Shown: positions 29,579 through 40,277 of the stretch, in pieces | Layout of the letters: the number at the start of each line of letters is the position of its first letter | How positions within the stretch are numbered: the first letter of the stretch is position 1 | Assembly: GCA_963765205.1 (NCBI GenBank) | Contig: CAVXVB010000008.1 | Location: 443,049-507,048, forward strand | Direction of reading: 5' to 3' | Source of the DNA: an uncultured Verrucomicrobiae bacterium | Lineage (GTDB): Bacteria > Verrucomicrobiota > Verrucomicrobiia > Opitutales > JABDGR01 | Length of the DNA: 64,000 nucleotides | The notes under the pieces: generated by a model | Seen by the model: the letters and a program-made list of their open reading frames with translations, nothing else | Told to the model about the DNA's origin: nothing | Databases searched by the model: none | Made by a program: the position numbers and the translations under genes

Positions 29579-30328
29579 TTATTTCCCGAAAAGATTAACT
29601 TTACTCAGGTGGTAGGAAAAGGCCCCCAAGGCATCGCCTACTTGGTAGCCGCTGTGGCATTGGATGCAGGCCTGTTGGGCGCGCACAGCCCCGACGATGA
29701 GGCATGTTCCGTCGGCTTCCGGCTGGGTGACCACGTCCTGCCCCGTCTTGATTTCCGCAAGCGCGCTGGTCTCGAAATCCGTCAATGGGCGGATTCCCGT
29801 GGGTGTGGCGGGTTCGTTCGGGTATGAATTGGAGCTGCGGCCGAAAGACTGAAAGGCCGAGTGGCGGTTGATGACAAAAGCGACCGGGGGGTCGTGTTTG
29901 GCGAGGCCGATTAATTCCAATTTATCCACCCGGTAGGCCTCAACCGCGGTGATATCCGCGCCGTTCAGTTTCAGGTCCTGCGCGAGCACGAGCCGCAAGG
30001 AGGGGTCCAGTGTCATTCTCGGCGGACCCGAGAGCTGCGACCCCGCAGCGCCATAGTCGCCAGTCCCAGCGGATCGAATATAAGTGTCGACGTAATAATT
30101 GTGCATTTGCACTTCGGAAGTCCAAATGTTGAGCAATGTGTTCTTATTCAGATACACCTCAGACGCGGACGGCGAGGCTCCCAAGGTGATGGGCCTCGGC
30201 GGTGGCTTATAGGGTGCTGCTTCCGAGGTCGTAACCGGCGTGGTGGAATTCTGGGCCACCGTCAAAGGAATCACCCATGACCATAAAACGGCAGTCGTCA
30301 CCGCGACCAACACTCGTAGAGTTTTCAT
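29579..30328 (-). CDS. Exported monoheme c-type protein (DUF3365-like C-terminus), paralog A
   Basis: Signal peptide; GAVRAQQACIQCH..GDALGAFSY. Confidence 0.7.
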   Translation of the reverse strand: MKTLRVLVAVTTAVLWSWVIPLTVAQNSTTPVTTSEAAPYKPPPRPITLGASPSASEVYLNKNTLLNIWTSEVQMHNYYVDTYIRSAGTGDYGAAGSQLSGPPRMTLDPSLRLVLAQDLKLNGADITAVEAYRVDKLELIGLAKHDPPVAFVINRHSAFQSFGRSSNSYPNEPATPTGIRPLTDFETSALAEIKTGQDVVTQPEADGTCLIVGAVRAQQACIQCHSGYQVGDALGAFSYHLSKVNLFGK

Positions 30329-30355
30329 AGGACAGCGAAAAGGTTGCCCCAAATA

Positions 30356-31198
30356 TTATTGCGGCTTCAGTGGCGCGTTCGGAATCGGCGCGGGCAGATT
30401 GCGTGCTGCGGGCAGAGGCGGAGTTTGATCGAACAGACTGGCTGGGCTGAGGCGGTAGGAAAAGGCCCCCAGAGCATCGCCGACTTGGTAGGTGTCGTGG
30501 CATTGGATGCACGCCGCTTGCGCCCGCACGGCCCCGACGACGAGGCGCGAGCCGTCGGCTTGCGGCTGGTCGGCCACGTTTTGGCCCGCCTTGATTTCCA
30601 CCAGCGCGGATTTTTCAAAATCAGTCAATGCTCGGGTGCCGGAGATGGTCAACGGGGCGCTGAAGCGCGTGGCCGAAGTCTGATTCGGCCGGTTAACCAA
30701 AAATCCCGAGTGGCGGTTGACGACAAAGGCGACCGGGGGGTCGTGTTTGGCGAGGCCGATTAATTCCAGCTGGTCAACTTGGTAGGTCTCGACGGCGGTA
30801 AGAACCGGGCCATCCAATTTTATTTCGTGCCCGAGCATCAGCCGCACGGAGGGATCCACCGTCATGGTGGGCACCGTCATGCGCACCCCGCCAAACCCGG
30901 CGGATTGAATGAATTTGTTGACATAAAAATTGTTCATTTGCTCCTCGGAAGTCCAAATCCTATGCAAGGCAACCTGATTCAAATGCACGAGCACTTGTGT
31001 AGTCAAACTTGACGATGCTGGATGCGGAACCGGGGGCGGCGGGGGGGATGGAAGTAACGGCGCCTTGGACAAAGCTGGCTGGGATTGTACCGCTGGAGAC
31101 AACGCCTGCGAGTTTGCCTCCTGCGCGAAGGCCGCAGAGCCGGAAAGGGACCACCAGAGGGTGGTCGCAACAAGGAGGGGTAAGCGCGGGGTATTCAT
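30356..31198 (-). CDS. Exported monoheme c-type protein, paralog B
   Basis: Signal peptide; LELIGLAKHDPPVAFV shared with paralog A; CIQCH. Confidence 0.7.
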   Translation of the reverse strand: MNTPRLPLLVATTLWWSLSGSAAFAQEANSQALSPAVQSQPALSKAPLLPSPPPPPVPHPASSSLTTQVLVHLNQVALHRIWTSEEQMNNFYVNKFIQSAGFGGVRMTVPTMTVDPSVRLMLGHEIKLDGPVLTAVETYQVDQLELIGLAKHDPPVAFVVNRHSGFLVNRPNQTSATRFSAPLTISGTRALTDFEKSALVEIKAGQNVADQPQADGSRLVVGAVRAQAACIQCHDTYQVGDALGAFSYRLSPASLFDQTPPLPAARNLPAPIPNAPLKPQ

Positions 31199-31345
31199 GG
31201 GGCGCGGATTAGGGCAGCCGACCAATAGCCTATAAACGTCAGGGGAGACGATTAGTTTTGTCAATCTGCTGTCGCTTTCCTTGGTTTGTGCTCAGGAACT
31301 GTCAGGAAAAGACTCACCTAGATCAAATCGCAAAGGACTCCTGAT

Positions 31346-32960
31346 TTACGGAATCGTAGTGTCGGGCGCGGCCCGGCTCATGCGCACGCGCACGTCGGTG
31401 GAATTGTTGATCGAGAAGGCGGGCGGGTCGCTGGGGGCGGTGACGGCGATGAAGTCGGCGCGGTGGACGTCGTCGAGGTAGAACGATGGCCGCGGGTCGG
31501 GCGCCACGGGCTGAATCTCGACGTTGCTCAGTTCGAGGTTCTTGATATGGCGGAGGAAAAAGCCCTGCGAAGGCGTGGGGCCGAACATGGAGGGGTTCGG
31601 ATACATCTTTTCGACCTCGGGCACCTGAATCGTGGACGAATCCGGGGCCGCGCCGCCGACGTGCTGCACATAGATGTCCGAGAGCTTGACGTCTTCAATG
31701 GCGTAGCCCGGAATGCCGCTGAGGATGGAACTGTAGGACGAGGGGGTGTTGTAGCTGGTGATGTTAGAGATCAGGACGCGGCGCAGGGTGCCGACCTTGG
31801 TGGTGTCCGCCGGCCCGCGCAGGCGCGCGCCCAGGCGCAGGAAGATGGGGCAGGTGTTGAGGTCGCGCATGGTGATGTTGGTGATGGCGATGTCCTCGAG
31901 CAGGCCGCCGTCCACGGTCTCGAGCGCCAGGCCCCCGCAGCCCTCGAAGACGCAGTTCGAGATGGTGATATTGATGAATCCGCCGTTGGACTCGGTGCCT
32001 AACTTGATGCGCCCGGTCCCGCCGGCGGTGCCGCTTCTTGAAGGTGCCGTCGAGCACGGTGCCCAGTTCATAGCAGCCGGTGACGTAACAGTTGGTGATA
32101 TTGACGTTCTCCGTGGCCTTGGCATAGCCGAGCGCGAAGCTGGACTTGGGGCAGATGCCGTCGTCCCACGGGGAGTTCACCGTTGTATTCGAGACGCGGA
32201 CGTTTTTGCAGCAGTCAATGTCCATGCCGTCGCGGTCGGTGTCAATTTTGAGGTTGTCAATGGTGAGGTTGTCCACGCCGGTGAGCAGCAGGCCGAAGTG
32301 GCCGCCCTTGAGCAGGGAGAAATCGCGGAGGATGACGTTGCGGCAGTTCTTCAGGCCGATGGTCTTGTTGCCAACGCCAGCCTGCTCGGCGGTGTAGGTG
32401 GGATACCCGCCGCGGGCCGTGCGGCCGGCCCCGAAGCTAAGGCCCCGGCCCCACAGCAGACCGGGCCCGGTGATCGAAAAGTCGCTGATGTTCTCGCCCC
32501 AAAGCAGCGAATTGTGCCAATGGTTGTGGCCGTAGTCCTGGTAGGCGTCCCAGGCCGTCTTGGGTTCGGCGGCATCGTAGGTTCCCCCCAGGTAGCCCGT
32601 AGTCTGCCCGGGGAGGGGAGAATCCGCGGCAATGATCGTGGCGCCGTGCGAGAGGTAGAGGTCCACGCGGCTCTTCAGCCGGATGGAGAAGGAGACATAA
32701 TTGCCGCTGGGGAAGACCACGGTGCCGCCACCGGCCGCCGCCGCCGCCTCGATGGCCTGGTTGATGGCGGGCGAGTCCACCGTCGTGCCGTCGCCGGTGG
32801 CCCCGTAGGCGCGAACGTCGAAGACCGAAGGCACCGCGGGGGCAACGCCGGCCGGGGGCTGGGCGGCGGCCAAGGCAGGGAGCGTTCCAGCCGCGGAGGC
32901 GGCCAAGCCCATGCAGCTAAGTTTCAAAAGATCGCGGCGGGTGGGGTTATAGCTTTTCAT
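31346..32960 (-). CDS. GH28 polygalacturonase-like protein, Tat-exported (apparent frameshift near 32030)
   Basis: TRRDLLK Tat signal; YGATGDG, RDGMD, WDD, GTGRIKLGTES. Confidence 0.85.
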
Positions 32961-33400
32961 GACTGAGGGGTATTCAAGAATTGTCGTTTGGGGGGTTGGG
33001 CGGATGCTTATTATTCAAAAGCCATCCTCCATGTCCATAGCCTATTGTCTAACGGTGGCGGGCGGGGTGTATCCTGTCTATCCGTTTGCAACGGGTCTTC
33101 GAGGACAGCGCCAAAATTGACGACGGAGCCTAGCTTCCCACCCGGGGCTGCGTGCGGAAAACTCTGGGAAGTCGAAGGCGACCGGCAGATGGAGCTTGAT
33201 GACTTCAACAAGCAGGCGGCGTGGGCCGGCCACGGGGATTATTTTGAGTCCCGCGCAAGCACTTGTTTTTTTGGCAAAAAAAAACCACCCCACCCTTGCA
33301 AGGAATTCTTGCACAAGGCGAGGCGAGGCCTACAATGCGACTTCCCCAGGCTGGGCGATGACCCTTATCGCCGGGCTCCCCCACCCCGTTAGCACCCCTA

Positions 33401-35212
33401 ATGAAGACTTCGTCCATTTTCCACGCGGCCGGACTTTCCGCGCTCTTGGCCCTGACCGCCTTCGTGTCACTGCAGGCCGCCGATGCGCCCGCGCCGGGAG
33501 CCAGCCCGGCCGCCCTGACGCCAGCCGCCACGCCCGCGCAAAAAGTCGCACCCGAGCTGAATCCGCAGTTGCCGGCGGGCACGACAGTTTACAATATCCG
33601 CCAATTCGGCGCGACGGGCGACGGGGTGACGATTGACTCGGACGCGGTGAACCGGGCGATTGACGCGGCGGAAGCAAACGGCGGCGGCACGGTCTATTTC
33701 CCCGCCGGCTACTATCTTTGCTATTCGATCCACCTGAAGACGAATATCACGCTGTATCTGGACCAGGGTTCGTGGGTGATCGCCGCGGAAACGCCCGCGG
33801 TGGTGGCGGCGCTGCAACCGCGCGGGGGGCGCGGCGGCGGCGGGGGTGCTGGAGCGGGCGCGGGGGGCGGCCAACCCACGTCAGTGCAGGACCTCCTGGC
33901 CCGCATCCCGCCGGGCACCAAGATGTATGATCCGATTGAACAAAACATGTGGACCGGCCTGCCGATGTGGAACCGGCCCACGGCGACCCCCAGCGCCTAC
34001 CAGGACTTCGGCCACTGCTTCTGGCACAACAGCTTGATCTGGGGTGACAGCATCACGAATGTTTCCATCATTGGCCCGGGCACCATCTATGGGCGCGGGT
34101 TGTCGCGCGGCGACGGGCCCACGAACCTGGGCGGCGGCAATAAATCCATTTCCTTGGTCAACTGCCGTAATGTCACCCTGCGGGACTTTACCGTGTGGCA
34201 GGGCGGCTGGTTCTGTCTGCTGGCGACGGGGGTGGACAATTTCACCATCAGCAACATCAAGGTGGACACCAACCGCGACGGCTTCGACATTGACTGCTGC
34301 CAGAACGTCCACATCTCCGACTGCACGGTGAATTCGCCGCAGGATGACGGGATCGTGTTGAAAAGTTCCTACGCGCTGGGCTACGCGCGCCCGACGCAGA
34401 ATGTGACGATTACGAATTGCCAGGTGAGCGGCTTCCAAACCGGCACGCTGCTCGACGGCACTTACAAGCCCTTTGGCGGCAATGTGGATGGGGGCGGCTC
34501 CGGCACCGGGCGGATCAAGTTTGGCACCGAGTCCAACGGCGGCTTCAAGAACATCACCATTTCCAACTGCGTGTTCACGCATTGCCGCGGGCTCGCCCTC
34601 GAGTCGGTGGACGGCGGCAACATCGAGGATGTGAACATCAACAATATCACGATGCAGGACATCGTGAATTCGCCGATTTACATCCGCCTGGGCCGCCGGT
34701 TGCGCGGGCCGCAGGACACCACGACGGTCGGCGTCATCCGCCGGGTCAACATCAGCAACGTCACGGTCTCGAACGCGGTCAACACTTCCTCGATCATCAT
34801 CGCGGGCACGGTGGACCACCCGATTGAAGACGTAAACCTGAGCGATATTCGCATCCTCTATCAGGGTAGTGGCCCCAGCGCCTGGGCGCAACTCAACCCG
34901 CCGGAGGATGAAGCGCAAAATTATCCCGAGCCGAGCCGGCTGGGCAACATGCCCGCGTATGGCCTGTTTGCGCGGCACGTCAACGGCCTGACGCTACGCA
35001 ACGTGAACGTCAGCTACGCCGCGCCGGACCTGCGCCCGGCGGTGGTGTTGGACGACGTGCAGGGGATCGAGTTTGACCAATTCAAGAGCCAGCTCGAAGC
35101 CGGCGTGCCGGAGTTCATGCTCTGGAACACGCGGGACTTCTCAGTGAGTCATTCGCCCGGCATCGCCGACCAGCATATAGACAAGATGGACCAAGGCGTC
35201 GTGGCGAAGTGA
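33401..35212 (+). CDS. GH28 polygalacturonase-like protein
   Basis: Sec signal; FGATGDG, NRDGFD, QDD, GTGRIKFGTES; paralog of the divergent gene. Confidence 0.9.
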   Translation: MKTSSIFHAAGLSALLALTAFVSLQAADAPAPGASPAALTPAATPAQKVAPELNPQLPAGTTVYNIRQFGATGDGVTIDSDAVNRAIDAAEANGGGTVYFPAGYYLCYSIHLKTNITLYLDQGSWVIAAETPAVVAALQPRGGRGGGGGAGAGAGGGQPTSVQDLLARIPPGTKMYDPIEQNMWTGLPMWNRPTATPSAYQDFGHCFWHNSLIWGDSITNVSIIGPGTIYGRGLSRGDGPTNLGGGNKSISLVNCRNVTLRDFTVWQGGWFCLLATGVDNFTISNIKVDTNRDGFDIDCCQNVHISDCTVNSPQDDGIVLKSSYALGYARPTQNVTITNCQVSGFQTGTLLDGTYKPFGGNVDGGGSGTGRIKFGTESNGGFKNITISNCVFTHCRGLALESVDGGNIEDVNINNITMQDIVNSPIYIRLGRRLRGPQDTTTVGVIRRVNISNVTVSNAVNTSSIIIAGTVDHPIEDVNLSDIRILYQGSGPSAWAQLNPPEDEAQNYPEPSRLGNMPAYGLFARHVNGLTLRNVNVSYAAPDLRPAVVLDDVQGIEFDQFKSQLEAGVPEFMLWNTRDFSVSHSPGIADQHIDKMDQGVVAK

Positions 35213-35241
35213 TTTATTAACCCCAACCTGCCCCCGTCACC

Positions 35242-36684
35242 ATGAAGATTAAAAGCCCCCTCATCCTCGCCGCGGCCCTCACCAGCGGCGCTCTCGCCAC
35301 ACTCGTGGCGCAAACCGCGCCCGCCCCGGCCGTGGCCACTCCGACACCCGCGGCCAGCGCCGACTCCGCGGCGGCACCCGCCGCTAATTCCGCTCCGGCG
35401 ACGGGCCGCCCGGCGCGCGGCGCGCCCGCCCCCCAGCCCATTGGCGGCATCCAGGCGGTTTCGACAACCAGTTCCTACAAATTCTTCTTCGGCACCGGCG
35501 ACGCGCCCGCGGGCTATACCAAAATCACGGGCGACATGGCCTACAACGACACCCGCGGCTACGGCTTCGATGGCGGCACAAAGGCGGAGGTCCTCTCCAA
35601 GAAGATTGACGGCCAGCCGGACGTGAACCTCGCCACGGCGGACAAGGCGTTCTTTTTCTCGACCGCGCTGCCCGAGGGGAATTACAAGGTCACGGTGACA
35701 ATGGGCCACCCGGATGTGGCGACGGATGTCAGCGTCAAAGCGGAGTCGCGCCGCCTGATGCTGGAAAACGTGCAGACCAAACCCGGCGAATACGTCACCA
35801 AAACGTTCATAGTGAATATCCGCACGCCGAAATACCCCGGCGGCGTGGTCAACCTCAAGGCGACGCGCGAGACGCAACAGGAAGCCTGGGACTGGGACAA
35901 TGGCTTGACGCTGGAATTCAACGGCGATCATCCGAGCATCGCGAACCTGCAAATTGAAAAGGTGGACGTGCCGACGGTGTTTGTCATCGGGGACTCGACC
36001 TCGTGCGACCAATCGTCCGAGCCGTTCAACAGCTGGGGCCAGAGCATCACGCGCTTTTTCAAGCCCGAGGTGGCCGTCGCCAACCATGGGGAATCCGGCG
36101 AAACGATCGGAGACTGTTTAAGCCGCCACCGTTTCGACAAAATCTGGAGCGTGATGAAACCCGGCGACTACCTTTTGGTCACATCCGGCCATAACGAACC
36201 CAATGGCAAAAACGGGAACATGACCTTTGACCAGCGCTTTTATGACGACTTTAAACGCGTGGTGGACCAGACCCGCACCCTGGGTGGCATCCCCGTGCTG
36301 GTGACGCCCATCAGCCGCGCCCCCGGTTCGCAATCACTCGGGCCTTACCCCGACGAGCTGCGCCAACTGGCCAAGGATGACAATGTCGCCCTTATTGACC
36401 TCAACAGCGCGACGGCCACGTTTTACAAGGCGGTGCCGGATTATCATGTGGTCTTTGCCAGCCGCACCGAGGCCACCCACACGGGGGATTATGGCAGTTA
36501 TGAGGTTTCCAAAATGATCATGGCGGGCATCAAGCAAAACAATTTGCCGCTGGCCAAGTCCATCGTGGATGACTTCACGGGCTATGATCCGGCGCATCCG
36601 GATGCGTTTGAGAGCTACAAGGTTGCGCCCACGCCGAAGAAGAGCGCCGCCAACGCAGCCGCCGCGGTGCCCGATGGCAATTAA
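35242..36684 (+). CDS. Rhamnogalacturonan acetylesterase (CE12, SGNH)
   Basis: IGDST, SWGQ, GHN, EATH motifs with an N-terminal beta-sandwich domain. Confidence 0.85.
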   Translation: MKIKSPLILAAALTSGALATLVAQTAPAPAVATPTPAASADSAAAPAANSAPATGRPARGAPAPQPIGGIQAVSTTSSYKFFFGTGDAPAGYTKITGDMAYNDTRGYGFDGGTKAEVLSKKIDGQPDVNLATADKAFFFSTALPEGNYKVTVTMGHPDVATDVSVKAESRRLMLENVQTKPGEYVTKTFIVNIRTPKYPGGVVNLKATRETQQEAWDWDNGLTLEFNGDHPSIANLQIEKVDVPTVFVIGDSTSCDQSSEPFNSWGQSITRFFKPEVAVANHGESGETIGDCLSRHRFDKIWSVMKPGDYLLVTSGHNEPNGKNGNMTFDQRFYDDFKRVVDQTRTLGGIPVLVTPISRAPGSQSLGPYPDELRQLAKDDNVALIDLNSATATFYKAVPDYHVVFASRTEATHTGDYGSYEVSKMIMAGIKQNNLPLAKSIVDDFTGYDPAHPDAFESYKVAPTPKKSAANAAAAVPDGN

Positions 36685-36699
36685 AGGCGCCGCTCCGCC

Positions 36700-36830
36700 A
36701 ACTCCCAACATTCAACATCGAACATCCCATGCCGGACATCGAACTTTGAAAATTGAATGAAGCGCGGAATAAAGCCGTTGCTGCTCTTCATTGGATGTTG
36801 AAAGTTGGATGTTCGATGTTGGATGCTCAA
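36700..36830. repeat. Heptamer palindromic repeat element
   Basis: ccaacattcaacatcgaacatc ... ttcattggatgttgaaagttggatgttcgatgttggatg. Confidence 0.75.
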
Positions 36831-36840
36831 TAATCTTCCC

Positions 36841-37956
36841 ATGCGCACCTCGCTGCTCTATGTCATGGCGTTCGCCATGGCCGCCCTATCCATCATCCCC
36901 GCCCGCGGCGCGGACCGCCCGCCGTTTTACAAGGTCTTTCAATTCCCGCCGGACCAAATCCCGCGCATTGACGGCGATCCGTCCGACTGGGACATCGTGC
37001 CCGACGACTACGCCATCGGCATGGACCAGATGACGAACGATTCGAGTCCCACCGCCCAGCCCGACCCGAAAAAGCTGGACGTGAAGGTGAAGGTGGGCTG
37101 GGTCAAGGGGCTGAACCGGCTGTATTTTCTCTACGAAGCCTACAAGGATTACTGGGATTTTTCGCAGCCGAACCTGCACAACGACATTTTTGAGGTGGTG
37201 GTGGATGGCAGCCACGCCGCGGGCAAGTTCATTGCGAGCTTCCGCCCGGATATGACCGTCCCGACGTTCGACGCCTTCTTTGCGATGCAGGGCGTGAAGG
37301 CGCAGAACTACCACATTTTCACGCCGGCCAAGGACAAGGACTGGTGCATGGCGTGGGGGCCGCAGCAGTGGCTCAAGGAACTGCCCTATGCCAACCACGC
37401 GTGCCAGTATAATTTCCAGCCCGGCGAAGGCGGCAAGCTGGTGCTCGAATTCTATATTACCCCGTTTGATTTGGCCTCGCCCGACGGCCCGGAGCACTCG
37501 GTCGAGTCGCAACTCACGGAAAATAAAATCATCGGGCTAAGCTGGGCCGTGATGGACTATCGCGGCCCCACCACCGAGAGCCATGCCTTTTGGAACCTGT
37601 CTTCGGACCCCACCAAACTCAACGGCCGGACACCCGTCGGGCACACGATGTATGGCGATGCCTCGCTGCTGATGCCGTTCAAGCTGATGCCGCTGGAGGC
37701 GAAATTCGTCAAGCCCTTCGAGGCAAAATGGACATTCAAGGTTACGGACATGAGCAAGCGGCTGGTTTCGTTTCAGGACGAATCCACCGGCCAGGTGACC
37801 TCGTGGCATTGGGACTTCGGCGACCAAACCAGCTCGACCGAGCAAAACCCGCAGCACACCTACGCGAAGGCGGGCAACTACGTCGTCATCCTCGATATTG
37901 AAGGGCCGGCGGGGAAGTCGCGGTTTGCGCGGGTGTGGGATGTGACACTCAAGTAA
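36841..37956 (+). CDS. Secreted CBM9-like + PKD domain protein
   Basis: PRIDGDPSDW; C-terminal FQDES..WHWDFGD..EQNPQHTY (PKD). Confidence 0.75.
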   Translation: MRTSLLYVMAFAMAALSIIPARGADRPPFYKVFQFPPDQIPRIDGDPSDWDIVPDDYAIGMDQMTNDSSPTAQPDPKKLDVKVKVGWVKGLNRLYFLYEAYKDYWDFSQPNLHNDIFEVVVDGSHAAGKFIASFRPDMTVPTFDAFFAMQGVKAQNYHIFTPAKDKDWCMAWGPQQWLKELPYANHACQYNFQPGEGGKLVLEFYITPFDLASPDGPEHSVESQLTENKIIGLSWAVMDYRGPTTESHAFWNLSSDPTKLNGRTPVGHTMYGDASLLMPFKLMPLEAKFVKPFEAKWTFKVTDMSKRLVSFQDESTGQVTSWHWDFGDQTSSTEQNPQHTYAKAGNYVVILDIEGPAGKSRFARVWDVTLK

Positions 37957-37990
37957 CATCCAACATCAAACCTTCAACTTCCAACATCGA

Positions 37991-40184
37991 ATGAAGAAAT
38001 CCTTTCAGGTTTTTCGGTTCTTCATTGGATGTTCGATGTTGAGTGTTGGATGTTGGATGTTGCCGGCGGCGCGCGCCGCCGACGCGCCGCCGATTGACCG
38101 GCAGGCGCTGGTGACGCGGCACAATCCGGTGCTGCACGAGTTCGATGTGCGCTCGCCGCTGTCCGTCGGCAATGGCGAGTTTTGCTTCACCGCGGATGCG
38201 ACGGGGCTGCAAACTTTTCCCGACGCCTACGACAAGACCTTTCCGCTTTGCACGATGGCGGACTGGGGCTGGCACAGTTTTCCGAATCCGCAGGGCTTTT
38301 CGATGGACACGTTCGCCTATAAAAACTACGACGCCCACGGCCGCCCGGTGGGCTACGCCGACCAGATCTCGCGCGACGCCTCGAGCGACTACCTCCGCGA
38401 AAATCCGCAAAAGTTCAACCTTGGGCAAATCGGCTTTGTGCTGACGAAGGCCGACGGGACGCCGACGCAAATCACGGACCTTTCCGGCGTCGAGCAGACC
38501 CTCGATCTGTGGAACGGCGTGCTGCACAGCCGTTTTATATTTGATGGGCAGCCGGTGGACGTGCAGACGGTGTGCGACCCTGATCACGACTTGATTGCGG
38601 TGAGCGTGAAATCGCCGCTGCTGAACACGGGTCAACTGGCCATTCAAGTGCGTTTTCCCTACGCCAGCGCCAACGAAAGCGGCTCCGATTCGGACCAAGC
38701 CCGACGCGCACGAAACCACCTTTACGCCTGGCGCCAAGCCGGGCACCGAGTTGCTGGAGCGCAAGCTCGACGGATTTTCCTACCGGGTTCTGGCCGCCTG
38801 GTCATTGGGTGCGGATCCGGGGTTTAAGCAAACCGGCCCACATCAATTCCAGGTGACTCCGTCAAAGCGAGATACTGTTTTTGAATTTGCCTGCAATTTT
38901 ACCTGGCCGCCGGGCAAAAACCCCATGCCGGACAACCCCATGCCGGATTTCCCGCACTTCAAGACTGCCGCACAGGATCACTGGAACCAATTCTGGAGCA
39001 CGGGCGGGGCGATTGACTTGTCGCAGAGCAAGGATCCGCGCTGGCAGGAGCTGGAGCGGCGCATTGTGCTGTCGGAGTATTTGACCGCGATTCAGTCCAC
39101 CGGGAAAAACCCGCCGGCGGAAACGGGGCTGACGCTTAACAGCTGGTATGGCAAGTTCCACATGGAGATGTATTGGTGGCACGACGCGCATTTTGCGCTG
39201 TGGGGGCGCGCGCCGCTGCTCGAGAACAGCCTCGGTTATTACCAGCGGATTTTGCCGGAGGCGACGGCCAACGCGAAGCGCCAGGGCTACGACGGCGCGC
39301 GGTGGCCGAAGATGACCGACCCAAGCGGGATGGACACGCCGTCGTCCGTCGGCGCGTTTCTGATCTGGCAGGAGCCGGCGCCGATTTACCTCGCGGAACT
39401 GGATTACCGCGCGCACCCGGGCCGGGCCACGCTCGAAAAGTTCAAGGATGTGATTTTTGCCACGGCGAATTTCATGGTCTCGTATGCATGGTGGGACGAA
39501 GCGCAGCAACGCTACGAACTCGGGCCGCCGCTGAACGAGGCGCAGGAGCAGTTGGCCCCGAAGACCAAATTATTCAACCCCACCTACGAACTGACCTACT
39601 GGCGCTGGGGCTTGGAAACCGCGCAGCAATGGCGCGTGCGCCTCGGCCTGCCGCGCGATGAAAATTGGGACAAGGTGCTGCAACACTTATCGAAGCCCAC
39701 GGTGGCCGACGGCAAATACCTCTTTGCGGAGAGTCTGCCTGACTCCTATACGAACCCGCAATGGGTCAAGGACCACCCGGCGGTGCTCAACGCCTACGGC
39801 GTGCTGCCCGGCCCGGGCATTGACCGCGACACGATGCAGCACACGTTCGACTGGATTTGGCAAAATTGGGACTGGTCTTCGACGTGGGGGTGGGACTATC
39901 CCGCGCTCGCGATGTGCGCGGCGCGCCTGGGCGACCCCGAGCGCGCGATCCAGGCGCTGCTGCTCGACACGCCGAAAAACCACTACGTCATCAGCGGCCA
40001 CAACTTTCAGCGCGACGCGAACAGCAACGCGCTGCCGCTCTATCTGCCGGGCAACGGCGGGCTGCTCACGGCGGTGGCAATGATGGCGGCGGGGTGGGAC
40101 GGCGCACCGGCGCGCAACGCGCCCGGCTTCCCCAACAACGGCCAATGGGTCGTGCGGTGGGAGGGCTTGCGGCCACTGCCGTGA
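37991..40184 (+). CDS. GH65-like glycoside hydrolase (apparent frameshift near 38700)
   Basis: IDRQALVTRHNP, SPLSVGNG, NSWYGKFHMEM, WGWDYP, YLPGNGGLL split over two ORFs. Confidence 0.75.
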
Positions 40185-40194
40185 GTTTTTTTAC

Positions 40195-40268
40195 CGCAAA
40201 AAACACAAAAGACGCAAAAAAGCCGCCAGTGGTTTGTTCTGTGTTTTTTGCGTTTTTTGCGGCAAATT
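40195..40268. repeat. Nonamer palindromic element
   Basis: ccgcaaaaaacacaaaagacgcaaaaaa ... tgtgttttttgcgttttttgcgg. Confidence 0.65.
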
Positions 40269-40277
40269 TTCTTCGTT

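Noticed and set aside
26158..31198. Diversity-generating retroelement TR/VR among the paralog pairs
   Set aside because: Similarity spans whole genes, I saw no adenine-specific pattern, and there is no reverse transcriptase in the window
5790..38060. CRISPR array in the short-repeat tracts
   Set aside because: Units are 7-10 nt with no unique spacers of regular length, and there are no cas genes
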